From: Octopus vulgaris
Lineage: Eukaryota
NCBI GenBank assembly: GCA_951406725.2
Contig: OX597815.1
Coordinates: 112,096,001-112,160,000, forward strand
Length of the DNA stretch: 64,000 nt
Direction of reading: 5' to 3'
Shown: piece by piece, positions 51,960 to 64,000 of the stretch
Layout of the letters: each line of letters opens with the position of its first letter
How positions within the stretch are numbered: position 1 is the first letter of the stretch
The notes under the pieces: generated by a model
Seen by the model: only the letters and a program-made list of their open reading frames with translations
What the model was told of the DNA's origin: nothing
Databases searched by the model: none
Made by a program: the position numbers and the translations under genes

Positions 51960-54480
51960 CACCACCTGATAGGATTATCTAAATCCTTTAAAAGCCAAGT
52001 TTTGTGGTAGCGTGGTCCATTCGTGGAAGGAGTTCTTGCTGAGTGAGTTGTATATCCATGTATAGGTGGCTTGCCTGGTAATCCTTGAAGAATTTTTTTC
52101 AGATTCCGTTGAAAGATAATGAGATCTGTTTCGAGACAATGTTAAATAGGACAGGGCCTGTTGAGGAAAAGAAATTGTTGCTGTGTATTTATGTGTTGTG
52201 GCCCTGAATTGGGTAGGGGGCATATGGCCCATGATCCTAGCCTAGGATGACATTTAAAGCTAATGCTGAGGTCGTTTGGGCAATATTGGTGGTATATTAT
52301 CCACATCGCGCAAATGATGTATCACTCACGTCGGCGCAGGAGAGAATTGAGTCTCAATGCTTTAAGGCGTTCCCATTAATTGAGATCAGTCATGCCCTTA
52401 ATTCTTTAATAAATGATATTTGGGGTGGTGCAATTTTCGAGATGTTTTGTTTTGTATGGGGAGACCACAAGAGGCAGCAATATTCGAAGTGTGGCCTTAC
52501 TAAGGAGGAGAAATTGGAATGATGACATCTAGTGCTCTGGACCGGAAGGTTCTTAGGATCCAGGAGCTCACTCTACGAGCTATATCGACCTTATTGTTGA
52601 TGTGAGCACTCCAAATGAGATTGTTATCAACAATTACACCTAGCTCTATGATATTATTAGATGTTGTGAGAAGTTCCCCTGAAGGAAGAGAGTATGGCTG
52701 TTTTAGCATAGTTTTTTTCCAAAATACATCAGCTCAAATTTTGTTTTTGTCTGCCCAGTAGCTCACAGCATGTAGATCAGACTGGAGTTGAGTTCGGTTT
52801 TCTTCAGTGATAATTTTCCGGAGCTTAGAATCATCAGCAAATTTTTCTTACTTTACTGTGTTTTATGACGCTGGAAAGGTCGTTTATATAGATTACAAAG
52901 TGTTTGTTTATATAGATTATATAGATTATATATAAACTAAAGGTCGTTTATATAAATTATAAAGTGCCCTAAGGGACACCACTAGTGACTGAGCTTGAGT
53001 GGATTCCACCGATCACAATATGTTGTGTTCTGTTCTCCAGGAAATACTCAATGCAAAAGTTTTCCACGGACTCCAACATTTGACAACTTTGACAGTAGGA
53101 TATTATGGGCAACTCTGTCGCATGCTTTACTGAAGGCAAGATATATGACATCAGGGTTTGAACCTGTTCCCAAGGCTTTAAGGATATCATCGATGTGGTG
53201 TTAGAGCTCTGTTAGACAGTCCCTGCTGCAGCAAAAGCAATGCTCGCTTGAATTCAGGAGTTTGTGCCTCACCAGGAAGCGAGCTATCGTTGATATTACA
53301 ACCTTTTCAAACACATTAATGATGTGGGTGTGGTGAATGAGATTGGACGACAGTTAACTGCGAGGGAAAACCGGGAAGACAGACTGGGACAAGAACTGTT
53401 TCGGTATATAACTTGAGTCTAAATAATTTCTCCAGAGGTCGGTCAGAGTGACTGCAAGTTGGTATCTACATTCCTTCAGAAGACAAGTAGGGAATCTATC
53501 AAGACCTGCAACAGAATAGAATTTGATCTCATTTATTGCTGCTATGATTTCTGAAGCAGCAAATGTTGTGTCCGAGATTACATGTTGCGAATCGACTTCG
53601 TTCACATCTCTTACGTCAATATCAGTGGGATCACTAAAGACAGAGCAGTATTCTTTCTGCAGTACTTCTGCCATTTCTTTAGCATCGTGTTGGAGAATGC
53701 TGTTATCATCGATCAATGGGCCAATGGGTAAGACAGCAGTCCTAGGCTTATTTGCATATGAATAGAACACTTGTGGATTCCTTTTTTCCTGAATACTGTT
53801 CAACTTTAGATATTTTCATGCTGGTCTGTAGATGAAGTTTTTCCAACTTCAGCCTCTTCATTGTTGTTGGATGTGGATGTTGTATGTGCGGATATTCTAA
53901 TTCGTTGGTTTTTTTATTAAGTCTTTTGGTGCGCCTGATGAGTGTTTTTTTTTCTCTCTAGGGAGCCTGTTTCTGTTTTGTGTTAGTGGATTTAGTAGGA
54001 GCGAGTTTTGAGCATGTATAGATGGAAATGTCCTAAATATGCTGCCACGTGGTTTCATTGTCAGTGGAACTGAGAGTGAAGGACCAATTGGTGTAGTGCA
54101 TTTGCCTAACTTCAGAGTATTTGTGGGCCATTTTATATAAGGAAGGTTAAACTCACCCATTTCTAGTATGTTTCCGATGTTGTAATTTTGAAGGAAGGAC
54201 TTAATTTTGCTGAGGTATTCTTCAAAGCACTCAAAGAGGTGCTTGGGGAGGCCTGAAAAGACCAGCAATGATTATGTTGTTGGTCTTGTTGAATAGTGAT
54301 ATGGATTCACAATAGCCGTTGGAAAATATGTGCTTGGCATCAACTGAAAAGGAGTCATGGAGAAAGATGGCTTTCCCCCCTTTTATTTCGGTCTGTGCGA
54401 TCTGCACGGATGATGCTGTATATATAGTTTAGCATTCAGTGACGGTAAGATAAAGAAAAATGTATTCCATCTGGCGAGAG
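51960..54480 (-). mobile_element. CR1/L2-group LINE, decayed and internally deleted (APE + RT)
   Basis: MGEFNLPYIKW (APE), NPQVFYSYANK...IGPL, AGLD, RPISF, DVIYLAFSKA, GVP, FADDSKL, LGVIVDNNLIWSAHI, VRPHFEYCCLLWSP. Confidence 0.9.
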
Positions 54481-54699
54481 ATAAATATTATTCAATAAAC
54501 ACAATATGCGTTTTTTTTTTTTCAGCTACTAAAAGTTTCATGCACTGAAAACATCTAAGACACCATTTTTTAAACACACATCTGTTGCCTTCACGCAAGA
54601 CATGTTAGAAATGCTGTCCGAGATGTCCGCAACGCACATGTGCGTGTGCGCGCGCGCGCATATGTAATGTGATTAAGGTGGTCATCTAGCAGATTCGAT

Positions 54700-55258
<559 letters not shown>

Positions 55259-55985
55259 AAATATTTACGTTTCATATCGGTGTCTCGTGTGGAGAGGCAT
55301 TTAGGTCAATCCATCAAGAGGATCTATTTCTGAATCGCCGTCCAATTTGCTTTATGAAAGTTCAGACTGAAGAGATTTCGGGTACTTCTTATATCTGAAT
55401 ATCTGCAGGTCATTTCGGGATTAAATTATAGTTAAATTTACATTCAAGTAGATATCTATATCGTATGTGATACAGAGATCCAATATAGTATTTGACATGG
55501 CAGGCTGGCAGGCAATTTGCTCCATGAATAACGCATTTCAAAGGTTGAACAGAGATTCCAGCTTTGCTTGTTGGCAGTGAGGCGTTGGCGTTCTTTATTA
55601 CGTTCTTTATTACGTTCTTTAACGTAATATATGGTCTCTGGGATATATAAAATTCCCGGAAACAGCTTTAAGACCTTCCCTATATAAATGTTCTGAAATC
55701 TTTCACACCCTTGGATTTTTATCTCATTCCGGTAATTATATATATATGTGTGTGTATGTGTGTGTGCGCATGTTTCTTTGTGTGTGTTTGTGTGTGTGTT
55801 GTGTTTATGATCTGTCTTTGTGATTTTGTTCCTCATGTACAACAATGAAGTATGTAAATATATTTTGCCATGATTATCAGTATCTACGTCTCAATTTATA
55901 TATGCCCCAACCCGATTAGCCTCTTGTACATTTCCATATATATATATATATATATACATACACACACACACTCATACACACATAC

Positions 55986-56045
<60 letters not shown>

Positions 56046-56667
56046 GGTTATATGTGTGTCAACATAGATTTTGAATGTATATAAGCGTAGGTTGTTAACT
56101 AAAAAATATTGCTTTTGTAATATAGTGAGAGCTATTCCTACACATGTTTACTGACAGGGAATATTTTACATTGTCATTACTTTTTCTTTTCACTCTGGAA
56201 TCATAAGTATTACTCGTGAAAAAAATTGAGAACTTCCTTGTTAAAACTGATTATCCACAGGGATCAAAGTGTTTTTTACTCGATATATTCTCCTAATTTA
56301 TTGCAAACATAGTTTCATATTCCTTCCTACCAAAATATCTCATAATTTAGAACTTATTTGGTTTAATTTAATTTTTTTTTCATTTGAATTCTCTGACAAA
56401 TATATATTATTGCTCAAAGTTTTTAAGTGACTTATTATCGTCTGTAATTTTCACATGTTGTTTCACGCTGCAAATTAGCTGCCTAAATTTCTTTTGTTCC
56501 CTATTGTTCATATTCTCTCGGAAAGCTGTCTGATTTAGCTTTCTTGGTTAGTAATGAGTTGAAATTTTCTTTCGTTTTTTGTGCTCTGATGTTCGCGTAT
56601 TTTGTTTCCGTTATACAATTTTTTCATTGTTCAATTTTTTTCTCATTTTAGGTATGTAAGTATACTT

Positions 56668-56708
<41 letters not shown>

Positions 56709-56711
<3 letters not shown>

Positions 56712-57620
56712 GTATTTCGGAATGGTCATTTTGCCAGTTTAGCCAATAAAATCTCACGCACTACATATTTGGTGTTACTTTGCTCCAGTGTTATTTACAT
56801 ATTACATTAATCTTAATCTTATTTCGGCCAGTGTTCTTTCGTCACACTCCTGTGACCGCATCAGTGGTCCTTTGTTTTCTTCTTTCTTATTTGTGTGTCT
56901 CTCCTTACTAGCCGTCAGCCATTTTGTATTTCTATTGTATGTGATTTCATTTGCGCATGCGTATATCTCTATGTGAGTCTATGTTTAGTTAGTGTGTATG
57001 TGTGTGGGGGGAATTACTGTAATATTTATATCTTTTAAATTTAAAAAAAAATGTTTTATTATTATTATTATTGTTATTACTAGTATTGTTGCTATACATA
57101 CATACATACAAGCATAAGTAATAATAATAATAATAAGTGGATGTAAACATGAACAAAATAAAATTTTAAAATAATTTTTAAAAAATAAATAAAATAGATA
57201 AAATAAAAAAGAAGAATATATAAAAACAAAAACAAAAACAAATTACACGAACGTATATAAACAGAAGATATAAATATTACAGTAATTCCCCCACATACAT
57301 ACACACTAACTAAACATAGACTCACATAGAGATATACGCATGCGCAAATGAAGACAGATACAAGAGAAATACAAAATGGCTGACGGTTAGTAAGGAGAGA
57401 CACACAAATAAGAAAGAAGAAAACAAAGGACCACTGATGCGGTCACAGGAGTGTGACGAAAGAACACTGGCCGAAATAAGATTAAGATTAACGTAGTAAA
57501 TAAATAACACTGAAGCAAAGTAACAGCAAATATATAGTGCGTGTGTTTTTATTGGCTAATTCCGAAATACAACAATGTCCGTTTCAACACACGACTTTAT
57601 ATAAAAATTCTTGCACTACA
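56709..57620 (+). mobile_element. Fold-back mini-element (56709-57034 inverted vs 57265-57573, plus tail), probably PLE pseudo-LTR derived
   Basis: About 310-325-bp inverted repeat with a few percent divergence, (TA)n flanks, and an HHR-like core at 57428-57472. Confidence 0.75.
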
Positions 57621-57648
57621 AATATATATATATAAATATATATATACA

Positions 57649-57687
<39 letters not shown>

Positions 57688-57738
57688 GCGTATGTAGATA
57701 GAGGTATGTATGTACGTCTACATTATATATGTATATAA

Positions 57739-57814
<76 letters not shown>

Positions 57815-59635
57815 TGGCAGAACATATGCAAGTGTACGTGTGGTGTTTAAAATTGAAGAAGTTTCTAAGAAGTTGACAGGAAACATGCGTTACATGCCCT
57901 CTCAACCGCTAGGGATATATCCGTTCAACAAGAAATTAGAGAGATATTGGTGCAGATGTATTGTATTTACAAAAAATTGATAAAAATTAACTGCGCACGA
58001 ATAACCTGCAATAACATGTCTTTCGTGTGGTCTGTAGTATTGTCGGCTAACAATGACGCATGTGTACTTCAAGGCGATCTTAGGCATGTACTGGTGCAGA
58101 AAGCGAGTAAATTGGTCTGCTAGTGCACAGCAGGATGTCGATTGCTTTATCCATAGAAGCAAAACCCTCTTGAGAGCGTTCTGAACAAAAGTAAGAGAAG
58201 CAGATAATTGACGATAGTGAACGTAAATTGTAACAGTGGCAGGAACAAGATTTAATCTTAATTTGTGAACAGCGCAGACGAAAGAATACATCCGGCGCTG
58301 GTGGTGGTGGTGTTGGTGCTGCTGCTGCTGCTGCTTATTATGATGATGATGAGGAGGATGATGATGTTGATGATGACGATGATGATTTTATAGCTAACCT
58401 GTCAGCGTTCAGAGGATGGCAGGTTGACACAACCACGTAAATGTCACTATCAATAACATCAGTGGTGAAGTGGAGAAACGAGAAATGGAATGTTTACCAG
58501 CAGTCTGTCATACAGATATGATATACCATCTCCACACATTGCAAGAATGAATCTTTAGACACTTATATTTCTAATACCGCATAGCAACAGAAAAATACTT
58601 AGACGTATAGAAAGGAAACTTGGTGAAATAAAATTACAGCTTCAGTTTATATAAATTCTTGAATAAAGAGAGAGAAAATTTCGGAATGGTATATAAAATG
58701 CGCTGAATAAACATGCATTTAGAAATGACAAATCCACGGAAGTCTTGAAAAGAGCAAGTACAAGCAAACTTTTTATGGAAAAGAATATTGAAAATGTAAC
58801 AAAACACTAACTATCGCTAGGATTCGCAATGAATCTCATTTGGTATACAAGAATGTTTATATTAATCTCAATATTGAGTTAAGTGGCATGAATATTAGAT
58901 CTATATCGCGCGCCAATACACACACACACATAAGTGTGTGTGTGAATGTGTGTGTGTATACACGTATGTATATAAATATGTTTATAGGTAGATAGATACG
59001 TAAGTATTGAGGCCCTCGGATATGTAACAAACTGCCTAAATACCAACCAGTATGAGAATATATACATAAAACATACGAATCAGCACATACACACATACGT
59101 AACTACATACATACATACATCCATACATACATACATACATACATACATACATACATACATACATGCATACATACTTTATACATACATGATGAGTAATAAC
59201 TCGTGTTCGGGTATTACCATCGCCTAATCGAAATTTCTATACATACGAAGGATACTACCAGTCATTTTTTGATAGGTCTTAATGTTTGTCTTCAAGCTAT
59301 GTCTGTAACTGATGATTTTTTATAATGGGGAACGGATTTGCACAAATCCAATCCCACTCTATGAACATGAACAACATAAACTCGAAAAGAAGAAGTATTG
59401 TCAGTGTCACAGGGTTTCTTTCAGAGTTTCCCTCTTCGAGAGAGATGTTATGACAACTAGAGTCGGGCCTCCCAGAGAGTCACAAACGCCCCTGGAGACT
59501 AACCTAGGCATTTTCATGTCCCTGCACATACATACAGGCATCCACATGTACACAGATTGTTGGATGGCCGCTGACTTCTCATGAGGTCTTCCGTCCTTTG
59601 ACAGGTCTTATTTTTCGTTCTAACAATCACCATCC

Positions 59636-59832
59636 TACTTATTTACTACCCACAAGGGGCTAAACAAAGAGAGAACAAACAAGGACAGACAAACGGATTA
59701 AGTCGATTACATCAACCCCAGTGTGAAACTGGTACTTATTTAATCGACCCCGAAAGGATGAAAGGCTAAGTCGACCTCGGCGGAATCTGAACTCAGAACG
59801 TAGCGACAGCGTTTCTGCCAGCTCACCGCCTT
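59636..59832 (-). mobile_element. SINE, same subfamily as 24855-25090
   Basis: TTTACTACCCACAAGGGGCTAAACA...GACAAACGGATTAAGTCGATTACATC...GTCGACCTCGGCGGAAT. Confidence 0.9.
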
Positions 59833-59984
59833 ATTTTCAATCACCATCCTCACCAAGCAAGCTTGATGGGGTTGCCAGTTTAGTCATCGACGACCCAACC
59901 ATACAACTGGTTGTACTGCGTTACATATTACCAGTAGCGCCTAAGAGTGCCCTGACATCCATCCATCCATACATACATACATAC

Positions 59985-60600
59985 AAACATAAGAATAGAT
60001 AACCTTGAGAGCATAAATAAGAACCTACAGTATGGTAGAAACCATAGATACTCATAATAAAAAAGAGTACTGGTGGAATGTCCCAGTGAAAACCTCAATG
60101 AAATATAGACACAAAAACACCTGACATAGTAATTTGGGATGAAGAAGAGAAATAGTTGTGGAAATCAGCTGCCCAGTGGATATTAACATAAGGCGAAAAC
60201 GAAAATACCTACAGTGAACTATTGAGGAATCTACAGTTACTTTATCCAGATTACAAGTTCGGATTTACACATGTCATTATTGGAGTACTGGGATATGTAA
60301 CACACTACCTTAGTACCAATCGTGAGAAATTAGTTTTCTCAAAACCAAAGAAAAAGGAGAGAGAAAACTGTTTCGAAGACTACAAAACCAGTCCATCACT
60401 GGAAGTGTAAAACTCTGTAAAAGTTTATAATGTAAGTATATATGCACATACCTAGATACGTAACTATATGCATGAGAATATATAAAAACAAAATATACAA
60501 ATCTGAACATACACATGCAAATATATCTTGTTGATGTTGTTAAAATTCCAATAAAAGTGCCTTGGATATAATGAAACTCCTGTTCTATTGGAAAGAAATC
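59985..60600 (+). mobile_element. R4/NeSL-type LINE 3' end with restriction-like endonuclease and 3' UTR
   Basis: EYWWNVPVKT...PDIVIWD...VVEISCP...YSELLRNLQLLYPDYKF..VIIGVLG, a PD-(D/E)xK-like pattern. Confidence 0.8.
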
Positions 60601-60604
60601 TTGA

Positions 60605-63600
60605 TATAACACTGAATAATGATATACATACATTTTATATTCTTAATTCTGCGCATGCACATTGGTCGTTTTTTATTTTGTCGACTACACAGTTCAGTAG
60701 AGTAATTGGGCACCGTCTGTGAGAAAAACAACACCATGATGTAATTCACTCTACCAGAAATTTGGAAATGACATTCTGTGCTGTTCGGCATTCGCATCGG
60801 AAGCACCAATACGAACATTTCGGAGTGTTTGGGTGTCAATCTGAGGATGGTGCAGTGGATTCTGAAAGGGTTGGATGAGGCTAATGGTAATTACGAACGT
60901 ACGGCAGTTCGGGAAACTCACTCTGATCGTTCTGATAAGAAAAGAACTCCTGAATTGGTTGGTGAGGTCCAGGACATGATTGATAATGATTCAAGTAAAT
61001 CACGTCCAGCATCAGGGCCATGGAAGTGTCTGAGTGTCTTATGAAGCAGGTCGTGCATGGAGACATTCGGTATTTCTGATAGAAGTTGACAAAGGGCCAA
61101 TTGTTATCACAAGCCACCAAAGAGTACAAGAAATACCGCGCTACGAAGTTTTTGAACAAACTCGATCATCACCGGACATGCTTTGGTTTTTCTCAGACAA
61201 GAAAAATATCTACCAGGATCAGATGGTGAACACAGAAAAACCATTGTCTTGCTTTGTTTCCAAAGCATGTCCCGAAAGTGATAAAAATCGAACATCCAGT
61301 CAACATCATGGTGTTTGGAGTGATCACTAATGATGGCAAAATTATGCCTCTATTCATCTTCCCACACGACCTCAAACTCAACACGAAGGTTACATCAAGT
61401 GCCAGGAGTAGGCAGTGCTGCTGCTTTGAGTCAAGAGGGTGGCTGCCGGAAGGTCCTATGCCTGGCAACAGGACTCTGCACAATTTCAAACAAACAGGAG
61501 AACCTAGTCATGGCTACCAGACAATATCTGCGACCACAACACCCTTAACATCTGGCTACCTAACTTCCCAGACTGCAACTCCCTTGATTATTGTGCTGGT
61601 GAGACCAACACAATTCCTCGTAACACCACAGATGAACTGACGGCATAGTTTTTGGAAGCATTCATCAACTTAAAGAAAGAGACCGTCCAGAAGAGTTGCA
61701 TGATATTCCGAAGTTGTCTGGAGGCCATGGTTGCAGCCAATGGCGATATTATAAATATACAGTAATACCTCGCTTTTAATTCGTTTCATGGCCGTGCTCA
61801 TTTTATTTACTCGTTTATTTTATTTACTCGTTCAAAAAATAAGTTTTCCCCATTGCATTTAATTAAAATATAACTAATCCGTTCCAGCACCCCCTAAACG
61901 GAAAAGGTACAGTTACAAGGAAAATGACAATTTAAAAAATATAATAAAAAAAGAATACAAAAGAAATATGTAAGCTGGTTTTATTAATTCAATCACCTAA
62001 AATATGGGATGATTTGCGCACGAGGAGGAAGACGATGGAAAGTTGAGGACTATTACTATTTAGCAGGAGAATCTCCTTTCAGGAAGACTTCAGGAACAAT
62101 GATGTTTGGCGCATTCTCTCTCCGCTTAATTTAGGCTTTTTGGACACTTTTCACACTTGCAGGTTGTTTCATTACAAACGTTAAATGAAGTCTGTCTTTC
62201 AAAATGTTATGAAAATGCGCCAGAACAATGTCATTAAATAAAGCAGCTGTACAACCTGTAGATACTCTTTCAGGATGACTTATTTCTACAAATTCCGAAA
62301 TGTACTGCCATTTTGCTAACACACCCTTTATGTAGACATAGCCTTCTCCGTTACGCGGTCATCCTCCAGGGAACCAATCTCTTACATCGCATCCGAATAC
62401 TGCTGCCCCTGAAGCTGCAGGAGTTCATCTGTCGTCAGCATATCTGAGTGTTCCTCAATGAGATCGACAGTGTCCACATCATCAACCTCGAGTCCCATGG
62501 ACTTGCCAAGAGACACTATCTCCTCGACTATAGGTGAAGCAGATTCAAACCTCTCGAAGTCGCTTTCGGATACGCAATTAGACTAGAGTTTGATCCATGC
62601 AGAATTCAGCATTCTCCTCGTTACAACCTGCCAGGCGATATTGATGATTTACATACAGTAAAAAATTTTGTAGTTCTCCTTCCAAAATTCATGAGGAAGA
62701 TCACTGGTGGTCCGAAGACAAAGTCGAACCACTCGGTGAAGAATTGCCTGGTGTTCCAGGCTATAAGTTTGCCATCCATATGAGCTGTAGCTTCTCCTTC
62801 AGGATTTTGTGCGATTTGAACACTCGTCGATTTTCGAAGTGGTAGACAAGGAGCGGCTTAATGTTCAAGTCTCCACTTGCATTACATTCGTACAAAGGGC
62901 AAGAGTTAGCCCATATTTCATAGGATTATGGCCTGGCATTTTCTTCTCCTGTGCAGTTATGAAGGTTCTTCTGAGCATTTGTTTTTTCAAATAAATCCAG
63001 TTTCATCACAGTTGAATACCTGTCGTGCGATGTGCCCCTCGGCTGCGATTAGATGACGGAATTCAGGAACGAAATCCTCAGTTTCCTTCGTGTCAGAACA
63101 CCCTGCTTCTCCATATCTGACGACACTTTGAACATCAGTTCACCTCATGAAATTATCAAACCAGATGCGACTGGACTTAAATATGTCCGCTGATGTCTCC
63201 TCCGTCGATGTTCCAGGTTCCTGCTTACAGTGCTCGTGCTTTTCCGCAGATGATGTGGTGCTTCTCCTTTATCCACTGGAGAGTCAATTTTTCCATCTCA
63301 TCGTGGACTGATGTGCGTTGTTGGAGACAACCTTTGGCTGTCATAACAGCCTTGATCTCGTTATTTTTCTACAGGATGGTGCTGAGCGTCGATGCTTCGG
63401 CCATATTGACGTACTCTGTCCACTACACACACTCCTCTCTCATGTTGATCAATGATTTTCTTCTTCCATTCTATCGTATTTAGCTTTTTCTTCTCAGTAC
63501 TGTCCTTTGCACTAAACTTCTTAGGACCTATGGCTAACTCAACTAATTACTATAAAACAATAACAAAAGCACACAAAATGTTAAAATAAAACACTTGGAA

Positions 63601-63929
63601 AAACGCAACAGGGATGCTGCCACAACGAAATAAACACGTTAAGTGAGCAAGCGGAGTGTACGCTTCTTAGGGAAAGCATGTGCGAACACAGCGATAAATA
63701 GCGGTCGCTTGTATGTAACTCGCTCGTACTGCGGATTTTGACTCGTACTTCAGACAAAAATTCGCTCGAGCATCGGCTCGTACAGCAACTGGCTCGTACT
63801 ATAATGCACTCGTACTGCGAGGTTCTACTGTACTATTTAGTATTTCAAAATATTTTTAGGTAATTTTGGTAAATATACCTGTTAAAATGAGATGTCAGTG
63901 CTATTTTCACTTTATTTACTGCACCCCGT
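60605..63929 (+). mobile_element. Decayed Tc1/mariner-superfamily element interrupted by a Tigger
   Basis: HTH (ISECLGVNLRMV), WFFSDKK, HPVNIMVFGVITNDG, WQQDSA, WLPNFPDCNSLDY, CLEAMVAANG. The 3' end resumes after 63832 and ends in TGCACCCCG-TA. Confidence 0.8.
61760..63830 (-). mobile_element. Tigger/pogo DNA transposon with decayed TIGD1-like transposase
   Basis: TA-CAGTAATACCTCGC...GCGAGGTTCTACTG-TA termini. Minus strand from about 63531 reads (M)GPKK...IEWKKKII..HERG, SRIWFDNF, VVRYGEAG, QVFNCDETG, EFWKENYKI. Confidence 0.9.
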
Positions 63930-64000
63930 ATGTGTCTACTACCCACCTACCTACCAACCTACCTTCCTGCCTGCCCGCCTACCTACCTACCTACCTACCT

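Noticed and set aside
53934-53945. Isolated CTGATGA hits (also near 19434 and 27399)
   Set aside because: No matching stems or GAAA; chance occurrences, two of them inside LINE relics.
55361-55420. CUGAAGA...GAAT-ATCTGCAGGTC hammerhead-like motif
   Set aside because: GAAA is imperfect and no stem I can be formed. At best a decayed relic.

Overview
This is AT-rich, microsatellite-dense eukaryotic DNA. The SINE families and repeat style look like an octopus or other coleoid cephalopod genome (my recognition, not verified). I see no intact host gene. The window is a layered transposon graveyard: two Penelope-like elements (PLEs, with an RT YRDD motif and a GIY-YIG endonuclease), a mariner nested inside one of them, a Tigger/pogo nested in a Tc1-like element, CR1-, RTE- and R4/Dong-type LINE remnants, decayed piggyBac/hAT copies, tRNA-derived SINEs and a BAZ1B/WSTF pseudogene fragment. 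The most striking pattern is a set of sequence-unrelated type I hammerhead-ribozyme (HHR) motifs at about 19.9, 30.3, 30.8, 35.0/38.8 and 57.4 kb, plus degenerate copies. Most sit in a recurring 'inverted copy + forward copy + unique tail' fold-back unit embedded in (TA)n, ranging from about 200 bp to 4.2 kb. Most short ORFs in the supplied track are microsatellite artefacts.
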